A stretch of 55,894 nt of DNA, counting the filler, from Basidioascus undulatus (taxonomy: Eukaryota): assembly GCA_000826855.1 (NCBI GenBank). It is 3 parts of 3 records of this genome, joined end to end, with 100 filler letters (N's around TTAATTAATTAA, not from the genome) between each part and the next. Parts side by side here need not be neighbours in the genome. Positions count along the whole stretch, not along the records: positions 1 to 31,885 come from JTLS01000097.1; 2 more parts are not named here. One strand, written 5' to 3'. Under the pieces are notes generated by a model. The model ran no database searches, was not told the origin of the DNA, and worked only from the letters and a program-made list of their open reading frames with translations. Both the position numbers and the translations under genes were made by a program. This document shows positions 12,326-24,009 of the stretch, one piece after another (the stretch's first letter is position 1; each line of letters opens with the position of its first letter).

Positions 12326-13591
12326 TCACAGCAGTTCCTTTCCAGAACAATAGACCCCTTGCATCCAGCTACTTGACGGGCGACGGGCAAGCTGGACCTC
12401 ACGTAGTCCCAGAGCGCGCAAAGCGAGCTCGATCAGAAGATGCGGCGTGGCGTCCTCTGCGAAAGCCAGTGCGATTTTCGTGAGAGCATGCGGCAGCTGT
12501 TGGATCAGGCGCAGCGCTCTGCCGCGGTCTAGCCCTTCAAGGCAGGTGAAAGTCTCAAGTTTCGGACAGCATGAGACTATCTGCTCTTCGTCATGCAGCA
12601 ACAAGAGGTCGAGTTGCGTGAGGCTCAGTTCTTGCAGACGAAAAGTCGGCGGAATCAGTACGTGTGGGCAGGTGTCGCCGTTGAGAGGCAGGGCATTGCG
12701 GAGCGAGGGAGTCGCGAGCAGAAAGTTGCGTATGGTGTCATGCTCAGTCAACAGTCCGTTCGAGATCAATAGGACTCGCAGGGCTTTTCAGCAAAGCGGT
12801 GGAAGGCGTAGTATACCGTGCGTCTGCTGAGCGTCATGGACGAGCGCCAGAAGGTGCAAAGTGTCCATTGACGCCTGAATGAGCTGCGCGCATGTCTCGA
12901 CATCTTCAAGTCGTTGTGCAGGTCCAGACAAGACGGCGAAGCATGTTCAGTCCGTGATGACTCGGAACGGGCTGCAAGAAGGTCGAGCCCAGCGAGAGAC
13001 CCTGGTGCACGAGGCTGGTTAAGCAAGGCCTGTGTTGCGACAGCGCGGCCGCGAGAACGTCAAGTTCTTTCAGATAGACTGCCTTGGGTGCCACTGCCTG
13101 AAATGCGACGTGGAGCGAGGCAAAATTGAAGTCGATCTTCTTGAGAAGCGGGAGGGCTTCAATGAGAGCAACCGCGACGGCCATCGAGTCGGAGTAGACG
13201 CCTCGAAGTTGGGGGAGGGAAGGGGAGACTCGAAGCGGACGCCTAGCAGTGATAAGGACCTCGAATTTTAACTCTCAGAACCACCCCTGCAGGGAACTTC
13301 ACACTTCCAGAAGCGGACACGCGCTGTCTGACGGACTGCCATTCTGGCTTCATGAGCTTTGCCGCGCGCCGCTGCCAGTGCCGCATCGACCTAAGGCCGT
13401 GACCTGCGAGACCCGAAGCCCATCGCTCACGCAGGGCGAGATGGCACAAAAGTCGCTCCTGCGTCACCGCGGGAAGAGGGCGGTGCGAGAGAGAGAGCGC
13501 AGCAAGGTCGCACTTGTCGGGGAGGTAAAGCGATGTGGTTGAGGGTCTCGCGAGGAAGGTTGAGGGTCTCGCGAGGAAGCGTCAGAAGCAT
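12326..13591 (-). pseudogene. F-box/LRR (RNI-like) protein pseudogene
   Basis: MLLTLPRETLN(LPRETLN)HIA, then a frameshift, then YLPDKCDLAALSLSHR. Downstream LRR-like pieces (LPLLKKIDF, TPSLRN, LQELSL, CPKLETF, LREVQL) are split over several frames. The 3' limit is uncertain. Confidence 0.7.
13537..13578. repeat. Perfect 21-bp tandem duplication
   Basis: GGTTGAGGGTCTCGCGAGGAA x2, duplicating LPRETLN in the F-box motif. Confidence 0.95.
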
Positions 13592-14487
13592 GGTGCCGAC
13601 GAAGGTATCAGTAGGCAATGAGAACTTTGAGATTGATTACGCTTCTCGGTTGAGGATGGACGTGGTTGGTGGTCAACAGCCTGGCATTGCCACCCTCAAC
13701 GCCAAAGTCACCGGAGCAGCGGAGGCCGTAATTTAAACTTCCTGGAAACATAAGAGGACACATGAGAAAATCCCATGAGGGTGGCCTTGCGCCCATAGAT
13801 CAAGTCTGAGAAATAGGAGTCCCTGTATTTTTAGTTTACCTTAGTTTGTTGGACAGCATGCGGCGTTGCAGCTCTACACTGGCAAGTGTATATGGACGCG
13901 CACCCGGCTGGAGCTCAAACTCCGCCCAGCCAACCGCTGGCTGACTCCTCCCGCCCACCAAGTTAAAAGAACGTTAAAATAGCTAATTAAACATATAGGG
14001 AAACTTTTGAGTCTATATGGGGGACAAAGATAAGGAGAGGCCGGGCATTGGGGCTTCGGATCGCAAGTTTGATGGAGACGCAGCAGACGCTCCATTATGA
14101 TGTCCGCCATCTGCGTAATGTGATGTGACAACTTGGACCATCAATAAATTGGTGGGATTTCCATTTTCCTGGCGTTGGTTCCAGAAGACAGCCTAGAGTA
14201 CCGAGAGTCGCATCGTCAGGCCGGCGAGGCAGAAAGTCTTGCAGGCTGCAATTTGACGGAGCTGACCGCTGACCGTTGGATATCCGCCATTCCTCGTGTA
14301 GCTCATCTGGTTCAAAATGATGATATTGTTATATCGTTTTAGGCAGCATATATGCTATACTGACAAAGTAGTGGCAGATAATACACGTGGGTGGACAGTT
14401 TTGCATCTCTACCTCAACTTCGTGCTTCCCGGAACCGGCGTTTTGCGAGAATGTCTGGACTTGCTCTGGCTCGGCACATGCAGAAAC

Positions 14488-14495
14488 AAAAAAAA
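14488..14495 (-). terminator. RNA polymerase III oligo-T terminator of tRNA-Ala
   Basis: A8 run on the + strand (T8 on -) a few nt downstream of the tRNA 3' end. Confidence 0.75.
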
Positions 14496-14499
14496 GAAT

Positions 14500-14573
14500 T
14501 GGACATATCCGGAATTGAACCGGAGACCTCCTCCATGCTAAGAAGGCGTGATAAGCCACTACACCATATGCCC
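14500..14573 (-). tRNA. tRNA-Ala (anticodon AGC), intronless
   Basis: Reverse complement GGGCATATGGTGTAGTGGCTTATCACGCCTTCTTAGCATGGAGGAGGTCTCCGGTTCAATTCCGGATATGTCCA folds as a cloverleaf with G3:U70 Ala identity pair, TT-AGC-AT anticodon loop and GGTTCAATTCC B-box. Confidence 0.97.
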
Positions 14574-15744
14574 ATAAAGACCAGTTGCCATAATCAATTT
14601 ACCAACCTCATGCAGCTTCTTCATGTGTCGGCATAAGCCTTTCAGCTCTCCGTGCAAAAGTATGTATTGTTTCTCTCCTCTGTACCTCTATATATTGTCG
14701 CCAGGTCGACTGTCTGACCCTTTCGCAATCCACGCAGTGCGCGTCTTCCATCATCTGTCAACCTGGATCCTGACGCACAACCCCGTGCAGTACGCGCAGA
14801 TTATCTGCAGTTTCAAGTTCTAGATATCTTTGCATTGTTTCAGCCAGGCTTGAGGGAGTTTCTCTATCAATCACTCCTAATGAAGACTAAACCGGATACA
14901 GAGTATCATTTCGTAAGCCGGTCGCAGTGCCATTCACCTGGAGAGTCTGCGTACCCTCTTGCGGCGTGGCGGCTTCCAACTCATAATCCGTTCCCTTCAG
15001 CCCACAATGTGTATGATCGCCTGCGGGTACCCCGTTCCCGTACGAGGTGCTCTGCCCGCTTGCTATGCGCGTCGGACCAAGCGTATCGGCAGACCTCTGC
15101 ATGAGCACCCGCGCCTTCTGTGTGGGATTGCAAGCATCACAGCGCTGGCTGCGTTCTCTTCAAGTGAGCATACTTAAAGGATGGTAAAGGATGGTAAGAA
15201 AATATGAAGCAGTAATAGACATTCCGCGAAACCAGCTGTGGTTACCGAGGTGATTGGGCAGCTCTGTGGGGGGCAGCCCCTTATCAGAAGACGACCTCGG
15301 TTTGTAGTCTCTCGGCGGTCAAGGCGGAATACAAACCGTACGCATAATTCGGGATTAGAAAAGTCCCTAGCTGTGCACTTAATGTGTGATAGTGTGTGAA
15401 ACGGACAAAGGGAGAAGAGGCGGGCATGTTGCTGCTGCAGAAGTCGAAAGTTCAGATCAGTTGACACGTTGACCCTTGCCATTACTCCTTGAAACCGCAA
15501 GTACAGTCTCATACTTTTCTGGGCCTCTGCGGTTCTACATGGGCTTTCGAATGTTACTTAGGGGTCAATGTACCCACGCATCGCTGAGCTCGCTGTCAAG
15601 GTCACTGCGCAGTTCCACCTTTCATTCCGATTGCGCAGACAGACACGGTGAGGGATGTAAATGTGGCACTGCAGCGTCGGAAAGCACAGCAAAATAACAC
15701 TAAGAAGTACAAACAGTCCAAGTCCAGAAAATGCGACCACTCCC

Positions 15745-18700
15745 TCACAGTCTCCTCGCAGCCACGAGCTCGCGGCACCTCCGCTCCATCATCTTGACCG
15801 AGAACCGAAGGTTCCTGCCCTTGGAGTGGCAGTTCTGCTCGAGCCAGTCCTCCATCTCCGTCCTGATAGCGCGGAGCTCGTCCGTGATGGGCAGGGCCGC
15901 GTCGGGGGGGGCGAGGCGCGGGTTGAGGAGCGCGTCGAAGAGGCGGGACCAGAGGTCGACCTGCCAGTAGCGCTTTAGCGCCTGCGCGAGCTTGTACCGC
16001 TTCGGCGGGGCGCCGCCGTCCGTCGACGCGGAAAGTGAGGGGGCGGGCGCGGAAGGGGACGGGGTCGGAGACGGGGCCGCAACGACAGTCTCGATGTACT
16101 TGCCGAAGAGCATGCAGTGGACTATGCCCGCGAGGCCGAAGTAATCGGTCTGGTACGTCCACGGCCGGGCCTCGCGCATCTCAGCGCAGTCGCGCGCGTC
16201 CGTCTCCCAATCGGCGATGAACGTCTGGCCCTCGGGGAAGGCGGAGAGGTCGATGGCGCGCCCGAAGTCGATGATGCGCACGCCCTTCGCCGCCCAGCCG
16301 TTCGCGCCCGTGCGGTCGTAGTCGTTCGACCACGCCGCACTGTCGCCTGGGACCTCCTCGAGCCGGACGAGGCAGTTGTCAATCTTGAGGTCGCCGTGGA
16401 TGATGCCCGCGTCGTGCAAGCCCTCGACAGCGCGGAGGAGCTCGATCGTGAAGAAGAAAACGAGGACCTCGTCCATGGCCTGGGCGGGCTTGCCCGCGGA
16501 CGAGAACCACTCGGGCGCGTGGTTGACGACGTCGAGGAGCGTGCCTTGGTCCGAGTAGTCGAGCAGGAGGAAGCTCTCGTCCGCGAACGCGTACAGCCCG
16601 CGCGGGCGGATGAAGCTCGAGCGCACGCGCTCCGGCAGCCGCGCGTGCTGGTGCAAGACGTGGAACTCCCACAGGTTTGCCGGCCGCTCCGCCTTGACGG
16701 CGAGGATGGGCTCCGTAAGCGGCACGTCCTCGTCCGGCTCGATCTCGAAGCCGTCCTCGTCGAACTCGGGTTCGCGCGTGGCGGCGGCACGCAGGTCCCG
16801 AGTGAGGAAGACGGCGCCGAAGCCGCCCTCGCCGATCTTGTTCTTGACCTCGTACCGCTCCTGTTCGAGCTCGAGGATCCAGGGGGCATCGTCGTCCGCT
16901 ACGCCGACACGACTGCTGCGCTGGCTCCCGCTGCTCTTGCGGGCCTTGAGCCGCGCCGCCTTCTGCAGGCCCTCGAGCTTGTTCGCCTCGTGTGCGCGCA
17001 GATCGACGAAGCCGGGCAGGGACTCGAGCGGCGTGGATGAGCGCGCGAGGATGGCGGAGATGATGTCCGCGTCCTGAGGATTGCAGGGGTTCGGAGGTGC
17101 GAAGGCGGAGGAGGAAGTGGAGGAGGGGATGGCTGTCGGCTGGGGACGGGCAGGCGAAGTCTGCGGTGACGATGATCCGGGCTGGCCGAGGTGAAGCGTC
17201 GCAGTGCAGTGGACGAGGATGAGCTCGCCCGCCGAGAGCGCAGAGGCGATCTTGCCCGTGTTGCCGTCGATGGTGTAACCCTTCGTCAGGTCTAAGTGTG
17301 GGGTAGGCTGACTCGGCTCCTGAGCAAACGACGGCTCGACCGAGCTGGAGCCCTCCTCCGGCACAGGCCCAAGCGGGCCGCTGGCCGAAGCACGCAACGA
17401 CAAGGCGAGCACGGTCCGCTGCGGCTCGTCCTCGTCCTCGTCCTCGCCGACGGTCGTACGGGGCTCGACGAACGCCATGTCGGCGCTGTCGATGCGGGTC
17501 GTGAATTCGCATGTCCGCTCCGTGATGGGCGTCATGAGCGTGATGGGCGGAAAGCGGCTTTGGCGGTACGGCGGCTGTTGGTAGCCGACGTCGTCCGCGC
17601 CCTCCTCCTGCTCGGGTTCCGGCGCGAAAGATGGCTCGAAGTCGATGAGCTGTCCGGTCGCGGCTTCGGACGCGGCTTGCTCCTCCGACTCTGCGGCATG
17701 AGCTGGCTCTGATTCGGGCTCGGGCTCAACCTCCTCGCGAACGGGCGAAGGGCGCGAGGGGTGCTCGTCCTCCTCAGCGATCGCTGCCGGCCGCGGCTCG
17801 GAGAAGACCTCGAACATGGGCTTACGCGCGCCAAGAGGTGTCCTGAACGGCTGGGCCGCAGCGGCGTCGGAGCGGGGCGTAGGCGGGATGGCGTTCTCGT
17901 CTTGGAAGACGGCGGGCGGCGGCGCGGCCGCGTTCCCGCCGCATAAGGCCTCGAGCCTGGACGTGTGCTCGTCCGTGAAGATGGCCATGGGCGGCGTGCC
18001 TCCACGCGAGCGGATGCTGCCCTGCGCGGGCGTTGGCGTGGGCGGGATGAGCGACGCGGCGGCGGGCACCATCATGCGCGGCTCGTCGTCCGAGTCCGAG
18101 TCGCTGTCGGAGTCCGAGTCGCGGTCGCATGCGAGCGGCTGGTTGAAGAGCTCCATGACGTCCTCGAGCGCGGCTTTGGTGTTGACGGTTGGGGAGGCTG
18201 CGCCAGGCTTCTTCGGGTTCGGACGCTCAGCTTCGGCTGCAACGGGCAGAGCATCAGCATCATGTCGTTTAGAGCAAAGGCAAAGAAGCGAGACTCACGG
18301 TTCATCGAAACCCACGCCCTCTCGCTCGGGTCGAACGCCGGCCACTGCCGGCCATACAAGCCCATGCGCTTGGCGCGGAGCTCCTCGAAGCTCCACTCCT
18401 TCCCGTCCGCGTAGACGCGGTGAAGGTCGACGGCGACGCGGGGCTCGCCGGCGGACGCAAACGTGGCCTTGGACTTGCTCGATGGTCGCTTGTGGGGCGC
18501 GGAGGAGGACGGGGCGGGTGCACGAGGGGGAGGAGCGGGGACCTCGAGGTTCGGCGGGGCGTCGTAGTTCTTGAACGGGTTCTGGCGGAGGAGCTCGGCT
18601 TCGGAGAGCTTGACTGAGCGGCCGAAGAGATCGTCGGAAGCTCGGGAGGGAGTGATGAGAGGAGCCTGCCATCCCATAAAACGGTCAACGACTTCCGACG

Positions 18701-19803
18701 AATTCAGTAAGCAAGAAACTCACGTCGTCTTCCCGGAAGATCTCAATCTTGTCAGCCTTGGGCGTGACCGCCCGTCCCTGCTTGAGCGTCTCGCCCTTCC
18801 ACGGCGTCTTCTCGACCACGTTCTCCTTCCGCCGGTCCTCCCGCGTCCCCACGTCCTCCCAGCTGCCCGACCCGTTGCCGGGCGCGCCGTCCTCGACGAA
18901 GATGGACATCTTTGCGCCGTTATTGCGCGGCTTGGCCGCGCTCGTGCCCTGCAGCGCGCCGCTGGCGCCCCCGAGCACGGTACGGACGTTGGCGGATGAG
19001 GACGAGGCGGAGGACGAGGGAGGGGCGGGAAGGGAAGTGATCATGCGCGCTTGGAAGTCCTTGTAGCGCGTCTTCAGCCGCTCGAGTGGTTGCGCCTTGC
19101 GCGCGATACCGAGCCGGTACAGGTCGTCTGCCTTGTCGCGACTGGTATCCCATCCCAACCCCAGTAAGCCTCGTCTCGTCCCAGCTCCGGTTTCCCTATG
19201 GCCGAGGACGACTCACCGACCCTTCCCCTCTTCTGCCGCCGCCGCCTCCTCATATAGCAGCGCCCATACCGTGCCGATATCGTTCGCGAGAAGGAAGCGG
19301 AAGATGTCCAGCGGCTCGTGTACGTATTTGGCGTAGAGGATCCAGCAGCGGAGGTACCGCACATCGCGGCTGTACCGCTCGTCGTCCTTGAAGGTGCGCG
19401 TCGCGCGCTCGAGGAGGGGGACGAGGTTACTCTCGTGGCTGTCGCCGGACGGATACGCCTCGATGGCCCACTTGATGTAGTTGCTGTACGCCTTGAACGG
19501 GTCCTCATCGTCTGCCGTCGCGGCGATCTCGGCCTCGAAGTTGGCGTGGGCGGCGTTGAGCTCGGCCTTGCGCGCCGACTTGTCGGAACCGAAGATGTTA
19601 GAGAGGGTCGAGGCCGAGCGGCCCTTGGCGATGGGTTGGATGTTCTCCTTGGACTCGTAGATGGTGGAGATGTCGACTGCAGCGGGCTTCTCAGCCGAGG
19701 AGTCCTGTTAATGGCCAAGGGCGTCAGTACGAGGCAAGCTGGCGACCAGTCTCGAAGTACGCACGGGAGCAGTATAGGAAATGTCAGCGTGAACAGAGGC
19801 CAT
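15745..19803 (-). CDS. BUB1: Spindle assembly checkpoint kinase Bub1 (unduplicated MadBub)
   Basis: KEN1 (YESKENIQP), TPR domain (EDPFKAY..YIKW, YLRCWILYA), ABBA-KEN2-ABBA, GLEBS (EWSFEELRA), CDI (SPTVNTKAALEDVMELFN), kinase (IGEGGFGAVF, AVK, IIHGDLKIDN, IIDFGRAID, WTYQTDYFG). Confidence 0.96.
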
Positions 19804-20943
19804 CTCGACAGACACTAAATGGACTGCAGGGATCCAAACACTTCATGAGCATGTCCCGCTTCGGAAGGGTGGAGGAGGAAGGGGATCTACAAACGGGCGG
19901 ATCTCACCGAATGGCTGCGGCTGTCTATAAAGCCGCAGCAAACTTGATTCCTAATAATAGAAATAACTCGTGGCCGTCGGTAGAAGTGCGGCCGGATCTT
20001 GAAGAGCGGAGAGGGTGGTGGTGGACGACAAAAGCAACCGACGCGCCACGAGAATACAGACGCGGTCGCGACGGGCACGTGACTGAAATGCAAGTCAGTG
20101 GGACTTGGCGAAGTCGGCAAAATACATCTGTGAAACGTACAACTTCAAAGAGTGTGAAGTGTAAAGGCCTGCAGATCGATTGCTTTGTAGGAATTCGAAA
20201 ATGCCAGGGTGACTTGGTCACGATAGAGAAGGGCAATCAGAAAGGGAGCAGCTGTGGGAGTGGGACGGGTCTGTACAGTGTTGACCCTGTCATGGACAGA
20301 ATGCGACCTACATCGGCTGTTCACCAGTATTAGTAACCACTCGGGTGCATATTACAAGGCAGCCAAACCTGTGCAAGCTGCACAGTGCACGGTAGACCTT
20401 GGTTGGACGGATCTTTGGTTGGAGCCGTGGCGCATTGTCAGACGCATCTGGATTGTACGAGCTGGAGACGGTTTGATGGCAGGAGATGAGAAGGTGGGGC
20501 TCTTCATATAAGTTTACAAGGAATTAATCTGAAAAGAGATATCGAAGGGACTATAAGCACCCCATTGCGTACCACTCAGTCCGGTGGTGCGGTGTGAGTT
20601 CGATGGGGACATGTTCATGGGAGCCTTGCAATGGTACTGACCCAATAATCAATGATCTTATGGCCTGGTTGAACATATTTTCCAAAGATTCAATGGAACC
20701 ATCATCTCCACTGACCCTTGCGTGCGGGAATACACTTTCCCGCTCGAGACGTCTACTTCCGCTGCCTTAACCGTTCTGGGATGTTTCGGCATTCTCAAGA
20801 TGCCCTAAAAAAATTCAAAAGGGGTCTTGGTCGGATCCTGGCTTGGGATACTTGAGCGGGATACGCTACCATTTCAGACTCTACATCCGCACGCAGCAGA
20901 CCGTCGCTTCATCCTCATGCTCTACACCCGACCGTCCTGATCA

Positions 20944-22239
20944 ATGCCGAAGCCACGTCAGACCAGAGGGCTCAGAGCCCGCCTCAAGCGGTTCATTGGA
21001 CGGCTCTGCGGCTCGTCCAAGGCGGCCTCGCATCGAGCAATGGAAGAAGACGCGTATCGAACTGCACAGAAGGCCGTTAAGCCGAGGGCTTTGGAGCAAG
21101 CGGGGCTGCAGGCCTTGCTGGATGCCCAGGGCGAGAGGATAAGCGCGCGGCTTGAGGAACTGGAGAAGCAAGGCCTGACCGTGGTATATTTGCAACGGTG
21201 AGTCTGAGAACAAATATGGGGCTATGTGCATATTCTTAGCACTGAGGAGGCACACAAGAACCGGCACGCCGTCGACAAAGACTCTTTCAACCATCTCTGT
21301 GTCCACAGTGGTAGGTGAACTACGCCTTTAGTCCCAATAACCCCTAAGCTTCTTTACCTTCTTTTACCCAGCCGTCGCCTTCCCCAAGCCCCCGTCCACT
21401 CACGCCTCTGCCCACATTCACCTGCCCCATCTGCTTCACCGCTCAGCCGCTGATGTTTGCCATCCGAGTGGCATCTGACTCCGCCGCTGCATGTGAGGAC
21501 TGCATGCGGTGCTGGGTGGAGAGCCAGGTAGATGAGGGGGTGTGGCCGGTCAACTGTCCAGTTTCTCATAACCAATGTCAGTTACGCGTCTTTGCTGTAA
21601 CAGCTGTGCCAGACTTCGTTGACGAAGGTTGGAGGAGGACAGTTGTAGGCGACGAGGTGGCTATGGCTCTACTGTCACCTACACGCTTGCATAAATGGAA
21701 CGATCTCCGAGAGAAGTACTCAACTCTTCCGTACACCTGTCCCAGGTGCGTGCGATCCTTTTATTTCCTACTCCCGCCGACCGGGTATACATCATGTGTT
21801 TCCTTCCCAGCTGCCGCAAAGACATCAGGATACTGCGGACGACGGCACTGGCCTCAAACAGGCTCACCTGCCCCCTCCTTACCTGCAACAAGCAGTTCTT
21901 GCGGTGCTGTGTTCAGCGAGTCCCAGAGGACGGCGGAGCGCACAGCTGCGACGGCCAGAAGGAGTTCGATCGGCTGTTCGGGAGGCAAAGATGGCAGCGG
22001 TGTCCTGGTGAGCACCAGCTTAGGGGGTACAATCGCACAGGTTTTACCAACAACCCTGGTACCTAGGGTGCCGCACCCCTTGCGAAAAGATCACCGGCTG
22101 CAACCACATGCAATGTATCGCGCCGGGATGCAGGAGGTTCGTTCCACTCTTGCCAAATCGCGAGCCTGTTGCAAACCTTTCTTGGGAGACCGGTGATAAT
22201 TATGTTGGGTCCAGGAGTTTCACTTGGAAGAATTTTTAG
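20944..22239 (+). CDS. RBR (RING-IBR-RING) E3 ubiquitin ligase-like protein with degenerate zinc ligands
   Basis: Spliced FTCPICF..CEDC..VNCP (RING1), YTCP-SC..LTCPLLTC..HSC (IBR), QRCPGCRTPCEKITGCNHMQC (RING2 with catalytic GCNHM). Start and end are approximate. Confidence 0.72.
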
Positions 22240-22380
22240 CCACCAGCATACGCTCTGTCGTGCGAATGCTGGCCGCTGCGGTCAACACCCCTCCACGGCA
22301 TGCATACTTCTTTGTCTCTAAGCAAACAGTCGTCTGCGGCCTGTAGTTTTACAAAGTGCAGATCATTCATGCTTCAAGCC

Positions 22381-22660
22381 TCAGCCTCCTCCTTGGCCGT
22401 CTCCGGAAGAAACTCCACACCCCACGTCTGCTCCGCTGAGCCGTCCTTGAGCCTGTCTCGAAGCTTCCTCACAGCCTCGCAAACAGCCTTCTCGACGTGC
22501 GCCTTCAAGGTCCTCCCGCTTCCCAGCTCCTTCCCCACTTGTCGGTCGAGGAAGCGCTTGAGCTCGTGTACTTGTACGTGGCGCGGAGGTTGATAGTTGA
22601 GCTCGAGCGTGCGACGGAAACGAGCGTGTAGTGGAGGGTATTCTTGACTTGGAGGGGCAT
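22381..22660 (-). pseudogene. Coding-like C-terminal fragment of an unknown gene (may extend to ~23800)
   Basis: Frame LQVHELKRFLDRQVGKELG..AKEEAEA* has protein-like composition and codon use; upstream frames are broken. Confidence 0.25.
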
Positions 22661-24009
22661 TGGAACGTGAGATAAAAATGACAGAGGCAAATGAAGCAAA
22701 AAAAGCTAGGGTGACCCTCGAACAACCTTACGCTTGGGCAGAAGACAAGATTCAAGGTGATCTTTATCAGTCTTCCTATCGATCGTTTCGATGTATGCAT
22801 CAGACCAGGAAAAGCGCACCGCTGGTGGCACGGCTGCTGAAGAGCCTGCAGGGCGACACTTTGAGAGTGGCTGTCAATGAAGAGGGAGAGACGGTATGCA
22901 ACCTGTGGATCAGGATATCGATAACTTGGAAGGGGGCGCCAAAATGAAGACACACAGCTTTGCCTCGAGTCGTCGACTGCAACACTCGCCCCCTGGGCGC
23001 GTGGTTTTCCTCCACCCCCAGGGGACTGAAAGGCTCCTCAAGGTCCAAGGTCTGCTTCCTGCCAAAAGTCGATGGCTCGCCCCCAATCGTGAGTCACTTG
23101 CAGTCTCCAATTCAAACGGAAGGAATGGAGCAACGCTGCCCTGCCTCGTCTGGACGCCCTAGATGCCATTCATCCTCGCCCAGCATTCCCTACTTTCCAT
23201 CTCCATTCAATCTCGCAACGACTTGTTCTCGCGGCGCAGCTTGCGCTGGGAGGTGTAGAGCTTCGCAAGCGCCGGAAAGCAAGTGAGCCTGAAAACATGG
23301 CGGGAAACGATTTAAGGACTCGAGCGAACAAATGGGCGGAAAGAACGCTGACATCTCCCACTCGCTGGGAATGGATGAGCCGGATGAGCGGGTCGAGCGC
23401 GAAGACCTGCTGGACTGTATTCCCGAGCCTGCGGAGCCGCCTCGCCGCGATCCAGCTCGGCGACTGTCGGCGGTGTTGCTCCTCGTTCGTTCAGAGCGAA
23501 CAGGATGTGTTGTTTTCATGTGCATGGAAATGGGTGATGGCGGGTAAGAAGAAAAAGACGGCGAGTCTTGGAGACCTGAGATTGACAGCCTCGAAGTTGC
23601 GGAAGTGCGTAGATTGTCTTTCAGCCCGCGATGGAACCCGCCCGATGCATAACTCCATCACTGTACATAGCTTTAGCAGCACCCGCCATACATACTCTCT
23701 CATTGTAGCTGCTTGTCGGTAGAGAGGGTGAGCGACACCATCCTGAGTAGTGCTTGCCTCAAGGTCAATGCCAAGAGACTGCCAGCCGCCGAGAGCGGCC
23801 CAACTTCTCCGGAAGACGCTTATGTAGGATCACTTTAACCTTATTAACTCAAAATATTTAAGGTATCACTTTTGTTCACAGTAAAAGTCCTTCTATCGAG
23901 GCTGAATAGGAAGATGTTCACATGACATGTTCACAACGTCGTCATGCAATGAGCAGGACACTGGGGACACTTTCCAGTTCAGAAGCCAGCTATCCGGATT
24001 CCGCAAAGT

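Noticed and set aside
14317..14363. Possible C/D box snoRNA (ATGATGA..CTGA) near the tRNA
   Set aside because: Too short, no terminal stem, and no rRNA-complementary guide that I could identify.
14930..15000. GESAYPLAAWRLP resembling the Harbinger/PIF transposase GDSAYPL motif
   Set aside because: No other DDE motifs, terminal inverted repeats or extended ORF are visible; a chance match cannot be excluded.
16117..19818. Long antisense or alternative-frame ORFs over BUB1 (also over the PDE and kelch genes)
   Set aside because: Expected shadow ORFs of GC-rich coding sequence; the translations have no domain features.
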